Below are positions 44,006 to 54,519 of a stretch of DNA of 64,000 nucleotides, one piece after another. The translations under genes and the position numbers were made by a program. The notes under the pieces were generated by a model. That model was not told the DNA's origin. It was given only the letters and a program-made list of their open reading frames with translations, and did no database searches. Each line of letters opens with the position of its first letter. The first letter of the stretch is position 1. Source of the stretch: Gemmatimonadales bacterium (GTDB taxonomy: Bacteria; Gemmatimonadota; Gemmatimonadetes; Gemmatimonadales; GWC2-71-9); assembly GCA_965249575.1 (NCBI GenBank), contig OZ252244.1, positions 3,795,290 through 3,859,289 of the forward strand, given 5' to 3'.

Positions 44006-44551
44006 ATGGCCCGTTGGACAGTGGGCGGATTGGTGTTGATTCTCTTGGTCGGTCTCCTGGCAACGACGTCGGCCCAAACGTCCAGCGCAAGGCAGGAGGC
44101 AGTGCGCATCGGCTGGCTGAATCTGCAAGCGATTCTGCAGCAAACGCCCGGATACGCACAGGCCGAGTCGACCTTCAGTGCCGAAATGGAGGGGTATCAG
44201 GCCGATCTACAGCGCCTGCAGCAGGAGTTCGACTCGACTCTCAGCTGGTACGAGCAGCAAGCCATCGTCTTGAGTCCGTCGGCCAAACAAACCAAGGAAG
44301 CGGAGATCCGTGACCTCCAGGAGCGGCTGCAAACCCGGGCGGGCGAACTGCAGAACCGGGCCCAGGAGCGGGAGCGACAGCTCGTCGCGCCAATCGAAGA
44401 CCGGGTGAAGGGGGTCATTGAGGGGGTGCGAGCCGAGCGAAACCTCGGCCTCATCTTCGACGCCTCCGCGGCCGGCAGCAACATCATCGCCGCTGATCGG
44501 ACCTTGGACCTTACCGCAACCATTCTCCAGCGGTTGCGCTCCAACCCCTGA
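44006..44551 (+). CDS. skp: Skp/OmpH periplasmic chaperone
   Basis: Signal peptide, IGWLNLQAIL, coiled coil, LIFD...DLTATIL; lies between bamA and lpxD. Confidence 0.88.
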   Translation: MARWTVGGLVLILLVGLLATTSAQTSSARQEAVRIGWLNLQAILQQTPGYAQAESTFSAEMEGYQADLQRLQQEFDSTLSWYEQQAIVLSPSAKQTKEAEIRDLQERLQTRAGELQNRAQERERQLVAPIEDRVKGVIEGVRAERNLGLIFDASAAGSNIIAADRTLDLTATILQRLRSNP

Positions 44552-44558
44552 CCCGGTC

Positions 44559-45578
44559 TTGCGCCCGCCACGCGATCTGTCGGTCCAAGAGATCGCGGCG
44601 CTCGTCAAAGGAGAGCTGCTCGGACCGGCCGACCTTCGCGTAACGGGTGTCGCACCGCTCGACCGGGCCGGCCCGAGCGATCTTACCTTTCTTGCTTCGG
44701 GCCGGTATCTGCTCTACTTTCAACGCACTAACGCGGGCGCCGTCTTGCTCACTCCTGAATTCAGGACCGTGAGTGCGGGGCCCGCGACGCGCATCGTGGT
44801 GCCCGAGGCCCATGACGCCGTTCGCACTGTACTGGTTGCCATGTACCCGCCGGAGCCGGTCCCGTGGGGGGTCAACCCCACCGCCCGGATCGAAGCGGGC
44901 GCGCGGTGGGACGGCCGGATCGCACTGGGGCCCCATGCAGTGCTCGGACGGAATTCCCGCCTGGGAGCTGACTGCATCATTGGGCACGGCGTCGTGATCG
45001 GGGCCGACACGACCCTCGGCGACGGATGTCGAATCGGTAGCCACGCCTCCGTGGGTCCTGGTTCGGCTCTCGGCAGCGGTGTGGTACTGCAAACCGGGGC
45101 GCGTGTGGGAACGGAGGGATTCGCCTACACGTCCGCCGGGGGCGAGCACCTTTCCGTCCCCCACGTCGGCCAATGCTCGATCGGAAACGACGTGGAGATC
45201 GGTGCAAATACAACCATTGACCGCGGTAGCATCGACGACACGGTGATCGGGCACGGAACGAAAATCGATAACTTGGTCCACATCGGACACAATGTTCGAG
45301 TTGGGGCTCGGTGCCTGGTAATGGCGCAGGTGGGGATGGCGGGCAGCACCGTTGTCGAGGATGAGGCGATCCTGGCGGGGCAGGCCGGCCTTGCGGGACA
45401 TCTGACGATCGGTCGTGCGGCACGGGTGGCCGCGCAGAGCGGCGTCATTGGGGATATCCCGCCTGGAGAGACCGTATCGGGCTACCCCGCCCGCCGCCAC
45501 CGGGACGTGCTCCGGCAGTCGGCCGCCCTGAGGCGCTTGGCACCGCTCGTGAGCGATCTCGAGCGGCTGATCGAGTGA
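44559..45578 (+). CDS. lpxD: UDP-3-O-acyl-glucosamine N-acyltransferase LpxD
   Basis: Hexapeptide repeats, GTEGFAY, VEIGANTTIDRG, TKIDNLVHIGHN. TTG start inferred. Confidence 0.95.
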   Translation: MRPPRDLSVQEIAALVKGELLGPADLRVTGVAPLDRAGPSDLTFLASGRYLLYFQRTNAGAVLLTPEFRTVSAGPATRIVVPEAHDAVRTVLVAMYPPEPVPWGVNPTARIEAGARWDGRIALGPHAVLGRNSRLGADCIIGHGVVIGADTTLGDGCRIGSHASVGPGSALGSGVVLQTGARVGTEGFAYTSAGGEHLSVPHVGQCSIGNDVEIGANTTIDRGSIDDTVIGHGTKIDNLVHIGHNVRVGARCLVMAQVGMAGSTVVEDEAILAGQAGLAGHLTIGRAARVAAQSGVIGDIPPGETVSGYPARRHRDVLRQSAALRRLAPLVSDLERLIE

Positions 45579-46864
45579 CGACCGCGTTGTTTCGAAACTC
45601 CATTGCCACTACGGCAGTCGTGGCCGGCGTTGGATTGCACTCCGGGGCGGCGACCCGAGTTCGGTTTCTCCCGACGAAAGCTGGCCATGGCATCCGGTTT
45701 CGGCGCATCGACCTGGAGGAGCCAGCCCAAATCGAATTGACTCCCGATGATGCCGGGACGCAAAACCATCGCCACACCTCGTTGGGAACCGGTGAGCGGG
45801 TGATTCGTACCGTGGAGCATTTGCTCGCCGCGGTCGCTGCTCTGCAAATCGACGACCTCCTCGTCGAAGTCGATGGTCCGGAACCGCCAGCCGGTGACGG
45901 CAGTGCCGCGCCCTACTTCGACGCGCTGCGAGATGCTGGCATCGCCCCGGCTAGCGGCACCCCCACCCGCTACGCCGTACGTGCGCCGTTTGCCCTACGC
46001 GAGGGTGCCGCTACCTACCTCGTGGGGCCAGGCAAGGGCTTGAGCCTCACGGTCACGATCGAATGGCCCCACCCCTTGATCGGGCGGCAGAGCGGGCGCT
46101 TCGAGATTACGCCGGATGAGTTCGCTCGGTCGCTCGCCCGCGCACGAACCTTCGGCTTCATTGACGAGCTCGATGCTCTGCAAGCGCAGGGGCTCGCCGG
46201 TGGAGCGTCCACCGAAACAACCATCGCGCTGTCCGAGACCGACGTTGTTGGGACCGATTTGCGCTGGCCGGATGAGTTCGTGCGCCATAAGGCGACTGAC
46301 CTGCTCGGCGACTTGGCTCTCCTCGGTGGCCGCCTAGAGGCCGAGATCGTGGCCTTTCGGCCAAGCCACACAGGAAACGTGGCCGTCGCGCGAGCCATTC
46401 ATCGCGGCACGGGAGCCACGGAGGGACCTCCAGGAATGAGCATCCAAGACATCCTAGGCATCCTGCCCCACCGATACCCGATGCTCCTGGTAGATCGCAT
46501 CCTCGAGATCGAGGGACACCAGCGCATCGTAGGCCTCAAAAACGTGACAATCAACGAGCCCTTCTTTCAGGGTCATTTCCCCGGCCACCCCATTATGCCC
46601 GGGGTACTGATTGTGGAGGCCATGGCTCAGGTTGGCGGGCTTTTATTGATGGGGGCCGTCGACGAGCCCGAAGGCAAAGTGGTGTATTTCATGTCCATCG
46701 ACAACGTCAAGTTTCGCCGGCCGGTTGTGCCGGGGGATCAGCTCATCCTCGAGTTGGAGATGATCGAGTTCCGAGGCAAGACCTGCCAAATGCGCGGTGT
46801 CGCTCGGGTGAACAGCCAGGTCGTTGCCGAGGCGGACATGACGGCCCGCGTGGTCGATCGGTGA
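45575..46864 (+). CDS. lpxC-fabZ: Bifunctional LpxC deacetylase / FabZ dehydratase
   Basis: GVGLHSG, TVEHLLA, ARTFGF, RHKATD; C-terminal LPHRYPMLLVDR, HFPG.PIMPGVL..EAMAQ. Confidence 0.95.
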   Translation: MTTALFRNSIATTAVVAGVGLHSGAATRVRFLPTKAGHGIRFRRIDLEEPAQIELTPDDAGTQNHRHTSLGTGERVIRTVEHLLAAVAALQIDDLLVEVDGPEPPAGDGSAAPYFDALRDAGIAPASGTPTRYAVRAPFALREGAATYLVGPGKGLSLTVTIEWPHPLIGRQSGRFEITPDEFARSLARARTFGFIDELDALQAQGLAGGASTETTIALSETDVVGTDLRWPDEFVRHKATDLLGDLALLGGRLEAEIVAFRPSHTGNVAVARAIHRGTGATEGPPGMSIQDILGILPHRYPMLLVDRILEIEGHQRIVGLKNVTINEPFFQGHFPGHPIMPGVLIVEAMAQVGGLLLMGAVDEPEGKVVYFMSIDNVKFRRPVVPGDQLILELEMIEFRGKTCQMRGVARVNSQVVAEADMTARVVDR

Positions 46865-47637
46865 CGACCCAGATCCACTCGACCGCACTGGTCGACTCGA
46901 CCGCCGAGCTCGGTGACAACGTGGTCGTCGGCCCGTTCGCGATCGTCGGTCCCGGTGTCGCGCTCGGTGATGGTTCAGAGATCGAGCCCCGCGTAACTCT
47001 GGAACGCAACTGCACGCTCGGTCGGGGTTGTTTTGTGGGAACGGGATCGGCGATCGGGACACCGCCGCAGGATAGAAAGTACGGCGGGGAGACAACCTGG
47101 GTGCACATCGGCGAGGAGACCGTCATCCGGGAATACGTTACCGTCAACCGGGGCACGGCGACGCGTGGTGAGACCCGCATTGGCTGCCGGTGCTTCCTCA
47201 TGACCTACGTGCACGTGGCGCACGACTGCGTGATTGAAGACGACGTCGAGCTCGCAAACTCGGTGCAACTCGGAGGCCACGTACACATCGCATCGGGGGC
47301 AAGTGTCGGCGGCGCGACCGCGATTCATCAATTCGTGCGAATTGGAACGCGGGCGTTCGTCGGCGGTGGGTCCCGCGTCTCGCAGGATGTACCGCCCTTC
47401 GCCAAGGCAGCGGGTAACCCTATGAAACTCTACGGGACCAACGCCGTTGGCTTGAGTCGCGCCGGTCTGGAGTCTGATGTGCGGCTCGCGCTAAGACACG
47501 CCTACCGCATGTTGTTCAACTCCGATCTCACGACCTCCGAGGCGATCACATACCTACGAGCAGGGAGCTCTCAAGTTCCCGAGGTCATGCGGCTCGTCGA
47601 CTTCGTCTCCCAATCGGAGCGTGGGGTGCTCGTTTGA
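46861..47637 (+). CDS. lpxA: UDP-GlcNAc O-acyltransferase LpxA
   Basis: IH.TA.V, PQD.KY, IREYVTVNRGT, HVAHDC, LGGHV, IHQF. Confidence 0.96.
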   Translation: MTTQIHSTALVDSTAELGDNVVVGPFAIVGPGVALGDGSEIEPRVTLERNCTLGRGCFVGTGSAIGTPPQDRKYGGETTWVHIGEETVIREYVTVNRGTATRGETRIGCRCFLMTYVHVAHDCVIEDDVELANSVQLGGHVHIASGASVGGATAIHQFVRIGTRAFVGGGSRVSQDVPPFAKAAGNPMKLYGTNAVGLSRAGLESDVRLALRHAYRMLFNSDLTTSEAITYLRAGSSQVPEVMRLVDFVSQSERGVLV

Positions 47638-48757
47638 GATTCCCGTGAGAGCCCCGCGAGTGTACATCTCCGCCGGAGAGCGGTCTGGAGACGCGCACGC
47701 CGGGGCCGTGGTTCACGAGCTTCGCGCACTGGTACCCTCAGCCCGCATCGAAGGAATGGGCGGTCGCGCCATGCGCCATGCTGGCGTGGAGATCGAATGC
47801 TCGGCCGATCGGGCGTCGGTGCTCGGGCTTGTGGAGGTCATGGGACGGCTCCCAAGTCACTGGCGGCGACTCCGAACCCTGAGCGATCGATTTCGAGCGG
47901 GGCGGTACGACCTCGTCGTCCTGGTTGACTACCCAGGCTTCCACCTCCGTCTCGCCAGTCTCGCACATGCCGCCGGTGTGCCGGTTCTCTACTACATCGC
48001 TCCGCAACTCTGGGCGTGGGGTTCTCACCGCGTTTCCACACTGCGACGGACGATCAGCCAGCTCGCCGTAATCCTGCCATTTGAGCAGAAATTCTTTCAC
48101 GAACGAGGTGTTCGGGCAACGTTCGTTGGGCATCCGCTACTCGACCAGCCGGCCGGACCGGCACGGGCCGCCGCTCGCACGAGCCTGGGGCTTCCGCCTA
48201 CCGCCCCCATCCTGTCTCTCTTTCCCGGAAGCCGATCGCAGGAGATTCGACGACTCTGGCCCCTCTTTCGCGATGCAGCGAGACACGTGCGAGCCGTGCG
48301 ACCCGAGGTCGGCGTGACTGTTTCACGAATTGAGGGGTTCAGCTACCCCGGCGGGGAGGGGTTTCACTTCCATCACGGCGACTCCGCGACGCTGTTCGCT
48401 GCAACGGACACGGCCCTGTGTAAGTCGGGTACTACCACACTCGAGGCGGCGATCCATGGCGTGCCAACCGTCATTGCATACCGGCTGCACCCACTTTCTT
48501 ACGCTGCGGCGCGCCGCTTGGTTCACGTACACCACATCGGCCTCACAAATCTGTTGGCCGGACGAACCATTTCACCCGAGCTGATCCAGCGGGACGCCAC
48601 CCCGGAGGCGCTAGCTGCCGAGCTTATCCCGCTGCTCGACCGCGGCGGGGCACCCGCTCGGCTTCAGCGTCGAGAGCTCGAAAGGGTTCGAGAGTCGCTC
48701 GGCACGCCGGGTGCCGCGAAGCGGGTCGCCAACCTCGCACTTTCGCTTCTCTCGTGA
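47621..48757 (+). CDS. lpxB: Lipid-A-disaccharide synthase LpxB
   Basis: SAGERSGD, VDYPGF, PQLWAW, ILPFE, FVGHPL, PGSR, KSGTTTLE. Start may be GTG 47645. Confidence 0.94.
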   Translation: MGCSFEIPVRAPRVYISAGERSGDAHAGAVVHELRALVPSARIEGMGGRAMRHAGVEIECSADRASVLGLVEVMGRLPSHWRRLRTLSDRFRAGRYDLVVLVDYPGFHLRLASLAHAAGVPVLYYIAPQLWAWGSHRVSTLRRTISQLAVILPFEQKFFHERGVRATFVGHPLLDQPAGPARAAARTSLGLPPTAPILSLFPGSRSQEIRRLWPLFRDAARHVRAVRPEVGVTVSRIEGFSYPGGEGFHFHHGDSATLFAATDTALCKSGTTTLEAAIHGVPTVIAYRLHPLSYAAARRLVHVHHIGLTNLLAGRTISPELIQRDATPEALAAELIPLLDRGGAPARLQRRELERVRESLGTPGAAKRVANLALSLLS

Positions 48758-49380
48758 CGCGCTCCCTTGCCGGCGCGCTCCTCCGGTTGTCCCTCCAGGC
48801 TCTCGCAGCGACCTGGCGGGTCGAGACCCGCGGCGCTGAGCATATGGCGCGTCTCCGGGCGGTGCAGATTCCCACCGTATACGCGGTATGGCATGGGCGC
48901 TTTTTGCCGGTGCTGTGGCGCCACCGCTGGGAGTCCACGACACTCTTGGTAAGCCGGCACGGAGACGGGGACTACCTGGCGCGTGCGGCTGCGCGCTGGG
49001 GCTACCGGGTCGTGCGGGGGTCGAGCACGCGAGGCGCATTTGGTGGACTCAAGGGCCTCCTTCGTGTCCTGCGCCACGGTGGTGAGGTGGCACTTGCTCC
49101 CGACGGACCAACCGGCCCACCGAGATCGGCGAAACTGGGCGCCCTCGCCATTGCCCAGAGGACCGATGCAGCGGTGGTGGCCGTTGGCGCTGCCGCTTCC
49201 CGAACCTGGACGTTGAGATCATGGGACTCGTTCATGGTTCCCCGTCCATTCGCACGCGTGCGTATCGTCTATCGACCCCCGTTCAGGGTGCACGGTGGCC
49301 GAAACGGACTCACAGAGGCCACGACACGGCTCGAAACGTCCTTACGTAGTGCCACGGAGGAAGCCGCGTGCGTGTGGTGA
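48754..49380 (+). CDS. DUF374 lysophospholipid/lipid A acyltransferase (LpxJ-like)
   Basis: YAVWHG, LVSRHGDG, RGSSTRG, PDGPTGP, SWD.F.VP.PF. Confidence 0.85.
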   Translation: MTRSLAGALLRLSLQALAATWRVETRGAEHMARLRAVQIPTVYAVWHGRFLPVLWRHRWESTTLLVSRHGDGDYLARAAARWGYRVVRGSSTRGAFGGLKGLLRVLRHGGEVALAPDGPTGPPRSAKLGALAIAQRTDAAVVAVGAAASRTWTLRSWDSFMVPRPFARVRIVYRPPFRVHGGRNGLTEATTRLETSLRSATEEAACVW

Positions 49381-50435
49381 GGTGGCTGTGGAACGACCCG
49401 TCGACGGTGGCGCGCGCGGCACGAAGCGCTCTGCTTCCCGCAGCCGGGGTCGTGGGGGCGGCGACGGCACTGCGAGCAGCCGCATACCGTCGAGGGCTCC
49501 TTTCCACCCGATCGATGCCCCTGCCGTCGGTGGCAGTCGGGAATCTCAGCGTCGGTGGATCGGGGAAGACGCCGATCGCGAGCTGGATCGCCGGCCGGTA
49601 CGTTCTGGCAGGCAACCGCCCCGCGGTCCTGCTCCGAGGATACGGACGTGACGAGACGCTTTTGCACCGTAGGCTCGTGCCCCAGGCGATCGTCCTGCCC
49701 AACCCGAATCGGGTTCGCGCGGCCCGAGCAGCCGTGGCACACGGGGCGGAGGTGGCAGTGCTCGATGACGCCTTTCAGCGGGTCGACTTGCGGTGCGATC
49801 TCAATATCGTGCTCGTGAGCGTCGAGTCCCTCCGTTCGTCGCGATGGATACTGCCTGCAGGCCCCTGGCGCGAAGGCTGGAAAGCGCTGGCACGGGCCGA
49901 CGCGATTCTGATCACCCGTCGAACAGCCGGACGACATGCCCGGAACGATCTCGCACGCCACCTCGTGAGGTGCAATCCAGCGGCGATCCTGGCAACGGCG
50001 GCGCTTGAGATCGCCTGCTTCCGGGGACTCCAGTCCGGAACCGTCGTTACCCGAGCGAGCTTGCGTGGCACCCGGCTGCTGGCGGCCTCTGGAATCGGCG
50101 ATCCAGAGAGCTTCGTCGCGCAACTACGTGAATTGGGGGCCGACGTCTCCGCATTGAATTGGAGGGACCATCATCCGTACGGCGTGCGCGATACTCGGCG
50201 ACTGACAGCAGCGGCCGACGATTTCGACCACGTCGTGGTCACCGAAAAGGACGCTGTCAAGCTGCAGCCCCTCTGGCCTGCCCGGGCGCCCGAACCCCTG
50301 GTGGCTGAATTGAGAGTACGGTGGGAGAGCGGACTCCCAGGGCTCCTGGATGCCTTGCATCGCATTACCGTACAAAAGCACCCACCAATTGGTCCAGCGG
50401 ACGCCTCGTGCGGAACGCATCAAACTTCCTCATGA
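49368..50435 (+). CDS. lpxK: Tetraacyldisaccharide 4'-kinase LpxK
   Basis: [46 protein letters not shown]. Confidence 0.92.
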   Translation: MRVVRWLWNDPSTVARAARSALLPAAGVVGAATALRAAAYRRGLLSTRSMPLPSVAVGNLSVGGSGKTPIASWIAGRYVLAGNRPAVLLRGYGRDETLLHRRLVPQAIVLPNPNRVRAARAAVAHGAEVAVLDDAFQRVDLRCDLNIVLVSVESLRSSRWILPAGPWREGWKALARADAILITRRTAGRHARNDLARHLVRCNPAAILATAALEIACFRGLQSGTVVTRASLRGTRLLAASGIGDPESFVAQLRELGADVSALNWRDHHPYGVRDTRRLTAAADDFDHVVVTEKDAVKLQPLWPARAPEPLVAELRVRWESGLPGLLDALHRITVQKHPPIGPADASCGTHQTSS

Positions 50436-51754
50436 CGCCAACGACCAAGAAACAATCTGCGCAGCCGACAGCGGAGGACATCATCGGCCGGGACAAGGAC
50501 CGAGTCCTCAGCGACGACAATCCCTTCGAGGACATGATGGCCCGGTTCGACCACGCGGCCGAACTATTGGGTCTCGATGCGGGTCTCTACCGGGTACTCC
50601 GTCAACCGGAGCGTCAAGTCATCGTGTCGCTCCCAATCCAGCGCGACAACCATGAGGTGGAGGTATTCACCGGGTATCGGGTCGTGCACAACATAGCCCG
50701 CGGGCCGGCGAAGGGTGGCATCCGTTTTGATCTTCGGGTTACCCTGGACGAGGTCAAGGCGCTCGCGGCGTGGATGACGTGGAAGTGCGCCGTCGTAAAC
50801 ATTCCTTTTGGCGGGGCGAAGGGTGGGGTTGTCTGCGACCCGAGTGTGCTCTCGATCGGTGAGCTCGAGCGGCTGACTAGGCGATATACGGCCGCCTTGA
50901 TCGATACGCTCGGGCCCGAGTCCGACATCCCCGCGCCAGACGTGAACACGAACGAGCGGGTCATGGCATGGATCATGGATACGTACTCCATGCACCAACG
51001 ACACCCAGTGACCGCCGTGGTAACCGGAAAGCCGATCGAAATGGGCGGGTCTCTCGGAAGACGCGAAGCAACTGGCAGAGGATGCACAATCGTGACCAAG
51101 GCAGCGTTGCGGCACCTCGGACTCCCGCTACGCGGGACCAAGGCAGCCGTCCAAGGGTTTGGGAACGTCGGATCCGTAGCTGCGAAGCTCATGGAGGAAG
51201 AAGGGTTGACGGTCGTTGCGGTCAGCGACAACTCGGGCGCCGTCTTCAACAGTAACGGCATCTTCATCGACGGGGCACGGGACTGGGTGCGCGAGCACCG
51301 GTATCTGCAGGGGTATCCCGGCGGCGAGCACATTCCGAACGAAGCGCTACTGACGCTGGATATTGACGTCCTCGTACCGGCAGCAGTCGAAAACGTAATC
51401 ACCCGAAAGAATGCGGGGGACATCAAGGCAAAGATCATCTGCGAGGGTGCGAACGGTCCAACCACCGCTGCCGCCGACCAGATCCTCGAAGACAACGGGG
51501 TATTCGTCATCCCCGACATCCTCGCCAACGCCGGCGGTGTAACCGTCAGCTATTTCGAGTGGGTTCAGGATCGGATGGGCTACTTCTGGGATGAAGCGTC
51601 GGTGAACGACCGTCTGCGGAAGATCCTCCGCGGTTCTTTCAAGGATGTGCTGTCCGTCGCCAAGCGTCACTCGGTAAACATGCGGGTAGCGGCGTACATG
51701 CTAGCCATCGAGCGCGTGGCCGCCGTCCATCGGCTGCGGGGCATGTATGCGTGA
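50432..51754 (+). CDS. gdhA: Glu/Leu/Phe/Val dehydrogenase (glutamate dehydrogenase)
   Basis: [54 protein letters not shown]. Confidence 0.92.
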   Translation: MTPTTKKQSAQPTAEDIIGRDKDRVLSDDNPFEDMMARFDHAAELLGLDAGLYRVLRQPERQVIVSLPIQRDNHEVEVFTGYRVVHNIARGPAKGGIRFDLRVTLDEVKALAAWMTWKCAVVNIPFGGAKGGVVCDPSVLSIGELERLTRRYTAALIDTLGPESDIPAPDVNTNERVMAWIMDTYSMHQRHPVTAVVTGKPIEMGGSLGRREATGRGCTIVTKAALRHLGLPLRGTKAAVQGFGNVGSVAAKLMEEEGLTVVAVSDNSGAVFNSNGIFIDGARDWVREHRYLQGYPGGEHIPNEALLTLDIDVLVPAAVENVITRKNAGDIKAKIICEGANGPTTAAADQILEDNGVFVIPDILANAGGVTVSYFEWVQDRMGYFWDEASVNDRLRKILRGSFKDVLSVAKRHSVNMRVAAYMLAIERVAAVHRLRGMYA

Positions 51755-52236
51755 TGGTCATTTACATCGTTGCGGTTGGGAGGCTCCGAAACCACGCGAT
51801 GCGAGAGATCTGTGACGACTTTTCCGCGCGAATCCGCCGCCGCTACAGGCTCGAAGTCCGCGAGGTGCCGGAATCAGGTGGGAAGAAACGGCGCCCCAGA
51901 GACGTACGGGCGTCCGAGGCCCAGGCGTTGCTCGCCGCGGCTCCGGACAGCGCCCGCAGAATGGGACTCTCGCGACTTGGCGCCAACCTGACGAGCGTCG
52001 GCTTAAGCGAGCGGCTGGCGGAATGGCAGCGGGGTGCGCGGGATGTCGTGCTGCTGTTGGGAGGGGCACACGGACTCGACGAGCAGCTCCTGGCGGGATG
52101 TGAGTCGACGGTGAGCCTTTCCCACCTCACCCTCCCACACGAGCTCGCAAGGCTCCTTCTCCTCGAACAGCTCTACCGCGCCGGGACGATCCTCCACGGC
52201 GATCCCTATCACAAGGGAACCCTGGACCCTCAATGA
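51751..52236 (+). CDS. rlmH: 23S rRNA (pseudouridine1915-N3)-methyltransferase RlmH
   Basis: [40 protein letters not shown]. Confidence 0.93.
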   Translation: MMVIYIVAVGRLRNHAMREICDDFSARIRRRYRLEVREVPESGGKKRRPRDVRASEAQALLAAAPDSARRMGLSRLGANLTSVGLSERLAEWQRGARDVVLLLGGAHGLDEQLLAGCESTVSLSHLTLPHELARLLLLEQLYRAGTILHGDPYHKGTLDPQ

Positions 52237-52247
52237 GGCTTTGGTGA

Positions 52248-52967
52248 GTGGCCGAGTGGTTCGAGCGCTGGTTCGGCGAGGAATACCTGAGGCTCTATCC
52301 CCACCGGGACGACGCCGATGCGGAGCAAGCCGTACAACTGATCGCGGAAAACGTCGCCATCTCCGGACGGCACGTGCTGGATCTTGGCTGCGGCTCGGGG
52401 CGTCATGCTTCACTTCTCGTGGATCGGGGGGCATCGGTCGTGGGATTGGATCTCTCCATGCCGCTCCTGGCGCGCGCCCAGCGCCGCGTGCCACCCCCAC
52501 ACAGCGTGGTTCGAGGTGATATGAGGCAGTTGCCATTCGGCACCGATGCGTTCGATCTGGTGGTTAACCTCTTTACGAGCTTCGGGTATTTCTCAGACGA
52601 CGATCAACATGCCGCCGTGTTGCGCCAGGTTTCCTCTACTATCGTGGCAGGGGGGGGCTTCGTACTGGACTATCTAAACGCGGACCACGTGCGCGATAAC
52701 CTCGTCCCCTCCGAGGAGCTGGAAATCGATTCGCAGCCCGTTCGCGTCCGCCGGCGTGTGTCGGACGACGAGAAGTACGTTATCAAGGAGATGTATTTGA
52801 CGCAGGATGACCGGCAGTTCCGGGAAAGTGTCCGGCTATTCTCGGCGAGAGAGCTCGAAGTGCTTCTTGCCGACGTTGGGCTCCGCGTCCAGTCACGTTA
52901 CGGAGCTTACGACGGGCGGCCGCTGACCGCGCAGAGCCCCCGCACGATCCTTTTCGCCGAGCGCTAG
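52248..52967 (+). CDS. Class I SAM-dependent methyltransferase (possible N-methyl-bacillithiol synthase-like)
   Basis: LDLGCGSGRH, GLDLS, GDMR, NLFTSFGYF; N-terminal EWFERWF..Y.RLYPHRD. Confidence 0.85.
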   Translation: MAEWFERWFGEEYLRLYPHRDDADAEQAVQLIAENVAISGRHVLDLGCGSGRHASLLVDRGASVVGLDLSMPLLARAQRRVPPPHSVVRGDMRQLPFGTDAFDLVVNLFTSFGYFSDDDQHAAVLRQVSSTIVAGGGFVLDYLNADHVRDNLVPSEELEIDSQPVRVRRRVSDDEKYVIKEMYLTQDDRQFRESVRLFSARELEVLLADVGLRVQSRYGAYDGRPLTAQSPRTILFAER

Positions 52968-54509
52968 ATGGCGTTACGGATCGACACCACCCCGGTCGGG
53001 CCGGTACCGTCCCTCGTTCCGTCCCGCGCCGAAGCCAGGAGGCACGTTGCCGTCGCCCCGGGGCTCGAACCCGCATTCGTAGCTAGTGGGGACGGGCAGA
53101 GGAATCTCGACCGGCTCCTGTCTCGCGACGCGCTGTGCATTACGACCGGACAGCAACCCGGGCTCCTGACAGGTCCCATCTACACAATCTACAAGGCGAT
53201 CTCCGCAATCGCCCTCGCGCAGCGAAGCGAGGAGGAACTCGGGCGTCCGGTGGTACCGGTGTTCTGGGTCGCCGGTGACGACCACGATTTTGCGGAGGCA
53301 AATCACATCCGGATCTCGAACAGCACCGGTTCGGTCGAGACGATCACCCTGCGGGAACGAGACCCCGCAGGCGCCTTGATACCTCTGTATCAGGAGCCGG
53401 TAGGCGAGGAGATAGCGGCGGTATTCGCATCCGTCCGCGAACACACGCCAGAGAGTGAATTCCGTAAAGGCGTCCTCGCGAGGTTGGAGCGGGCATATCA
53501 CCCGACCACCAACCTTGCCAGCGCCTTCGCGGACGCTTTGGCCGAGTTATTCGGCCCTGCGGGCCTTGTTGTATTTCGCTCGACTCATCCCGCCGCGAAG
53601 CGCGCGGTCGCGCCCATCTTGCTCCGGGCCCTCGAGCAGGCCGGGGCCCTGGACGAGGCGTTGGGTGAGCGAGCCCGCTCCCTCGCCGACCAAGGACACG
53701 ACACGCCGGTTCCGGTTGGCGAAGGAGCCGCACCAGTGATGCTGGAAGGGGCGCTGGGTCGGGACCGCCTCACGCTCGGCGGACCGGGATTCGTGACGAG
53801 GCGGTCGAGCGAGCCCTGGACGATCGAGCAGGTGAGGCAAGTCGCCGAACGGGAGCCCGAGCGGCTCTCACCCAACGTGCTGCTCCGACCGGTCGTGGAA
53901 GCAGCAATCCTACCGACCCTGGCCTACGTGGGCGGGCCGAGCGAACTCGCGTACCAGCCGCAGAGCCAGCCCTTGTATCGCGCGCTCGGCGTTGAACCCC
54001 AGTCGTACGTGTCCCGGTGGGCAGGACGCATCGTCGAGAGCCGCGTCGACAAGGTGTTGAGGAAGTTCGACATCTCAGCCGATGCGCTGGAAGCGCCTCC
54101 TGGCAAGGTCGAATCCCAACTCGTGGCCGAGGACCTCCCGGCGTCGGCTCGCGCAGCTCTCGACGCCCTGAGGAGCGCTCTCACAGCGGAGTATGGACGG
54201 CTGGAAACGGCGACTCAAGAGGTCGATCCCACTCTCCAGCGAACCGTGGAGTCGGCCCGAGGTGCCGCACTGACCGGCACGACGAACGTAGAGAAACGCC
54301 TTCTAGCACACCTCAAAAAGCGGAATGCGGTTGCCCTGAGTCAAATCCAGCGTGCGCGGACCGAACTATTCCCACTCGGCCAACCGCAGGAGCGGGTATT
54401 CAGTATCGTCCCGTATCTGATTCGGTACGGCGACGACTTCTTGTCAGCAATCCTCGAAGAAGCTCGGCGGTGGATGGGTACACTTGAACCGGTCACCTCT
54501 CCACCGTAA
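52968..54509 (+). CDS. bshC: Bacillithiol biosynthesis cysteine-adding enzyme BshC
   Basis: TGQQPGLLTGP.YT.YK, VPVFW.AGDDHDF.E, SPNVLLRPV, YVGGP.ELAY, PQER. Confidence 0.93.
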   Translation: MALRIDTTPVGPVPSLVPSRAEARRHVAVAPGLEPAFVASGDGQRNLDRLLSRDALCITTGQQPGLLTGPIYTIYKAISAIALAQRSEEELGRPVVPVFWVAGDDHDFAEANHIRISNSTGSVETITLRERDPAGALIPLYQEPVGEEIAAVFASVREHTPESEFRKGVLARLERAYHPTTNLASAFADALAELFGPAGLVVFRSTHPAAKRAVAPILLRALEQAGALDEALGERARSLADQGHDTPVPVGEGAAPVMLEGALGRDRLTLGGPGFVTRRSSEPWTIEQVRQVAEREPERLSPNVLLRPVVEAAILPTLAYVGGPSELAYQPQSQPLYRALGVEPQSYVSRWAGRIVESRVDKVLRKFDISADALEAPPGKVESQLVAEDLPASARAALDALRSALTAEYGRLETATQEVDPTLQRTVESARGAALTGTTNVEKRLLAHLKKRNAVALSQIQRARTELFPLGQPQERVFSIVPYLIRYGDDFLSAILEEARRWMGTLEPVTSPP

Positions 54510-54512
54510 GAT
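54484..54512 (+). promoter_or_regulatory. sigma70 promoter for a probably leaderless small gene
   Basis: TTGAAC-17 bp-TAAGAT, ATG 7 nt downstream, no SD. Confidence 0.6.
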
Positions 54513-54519
54513 GCATTAA

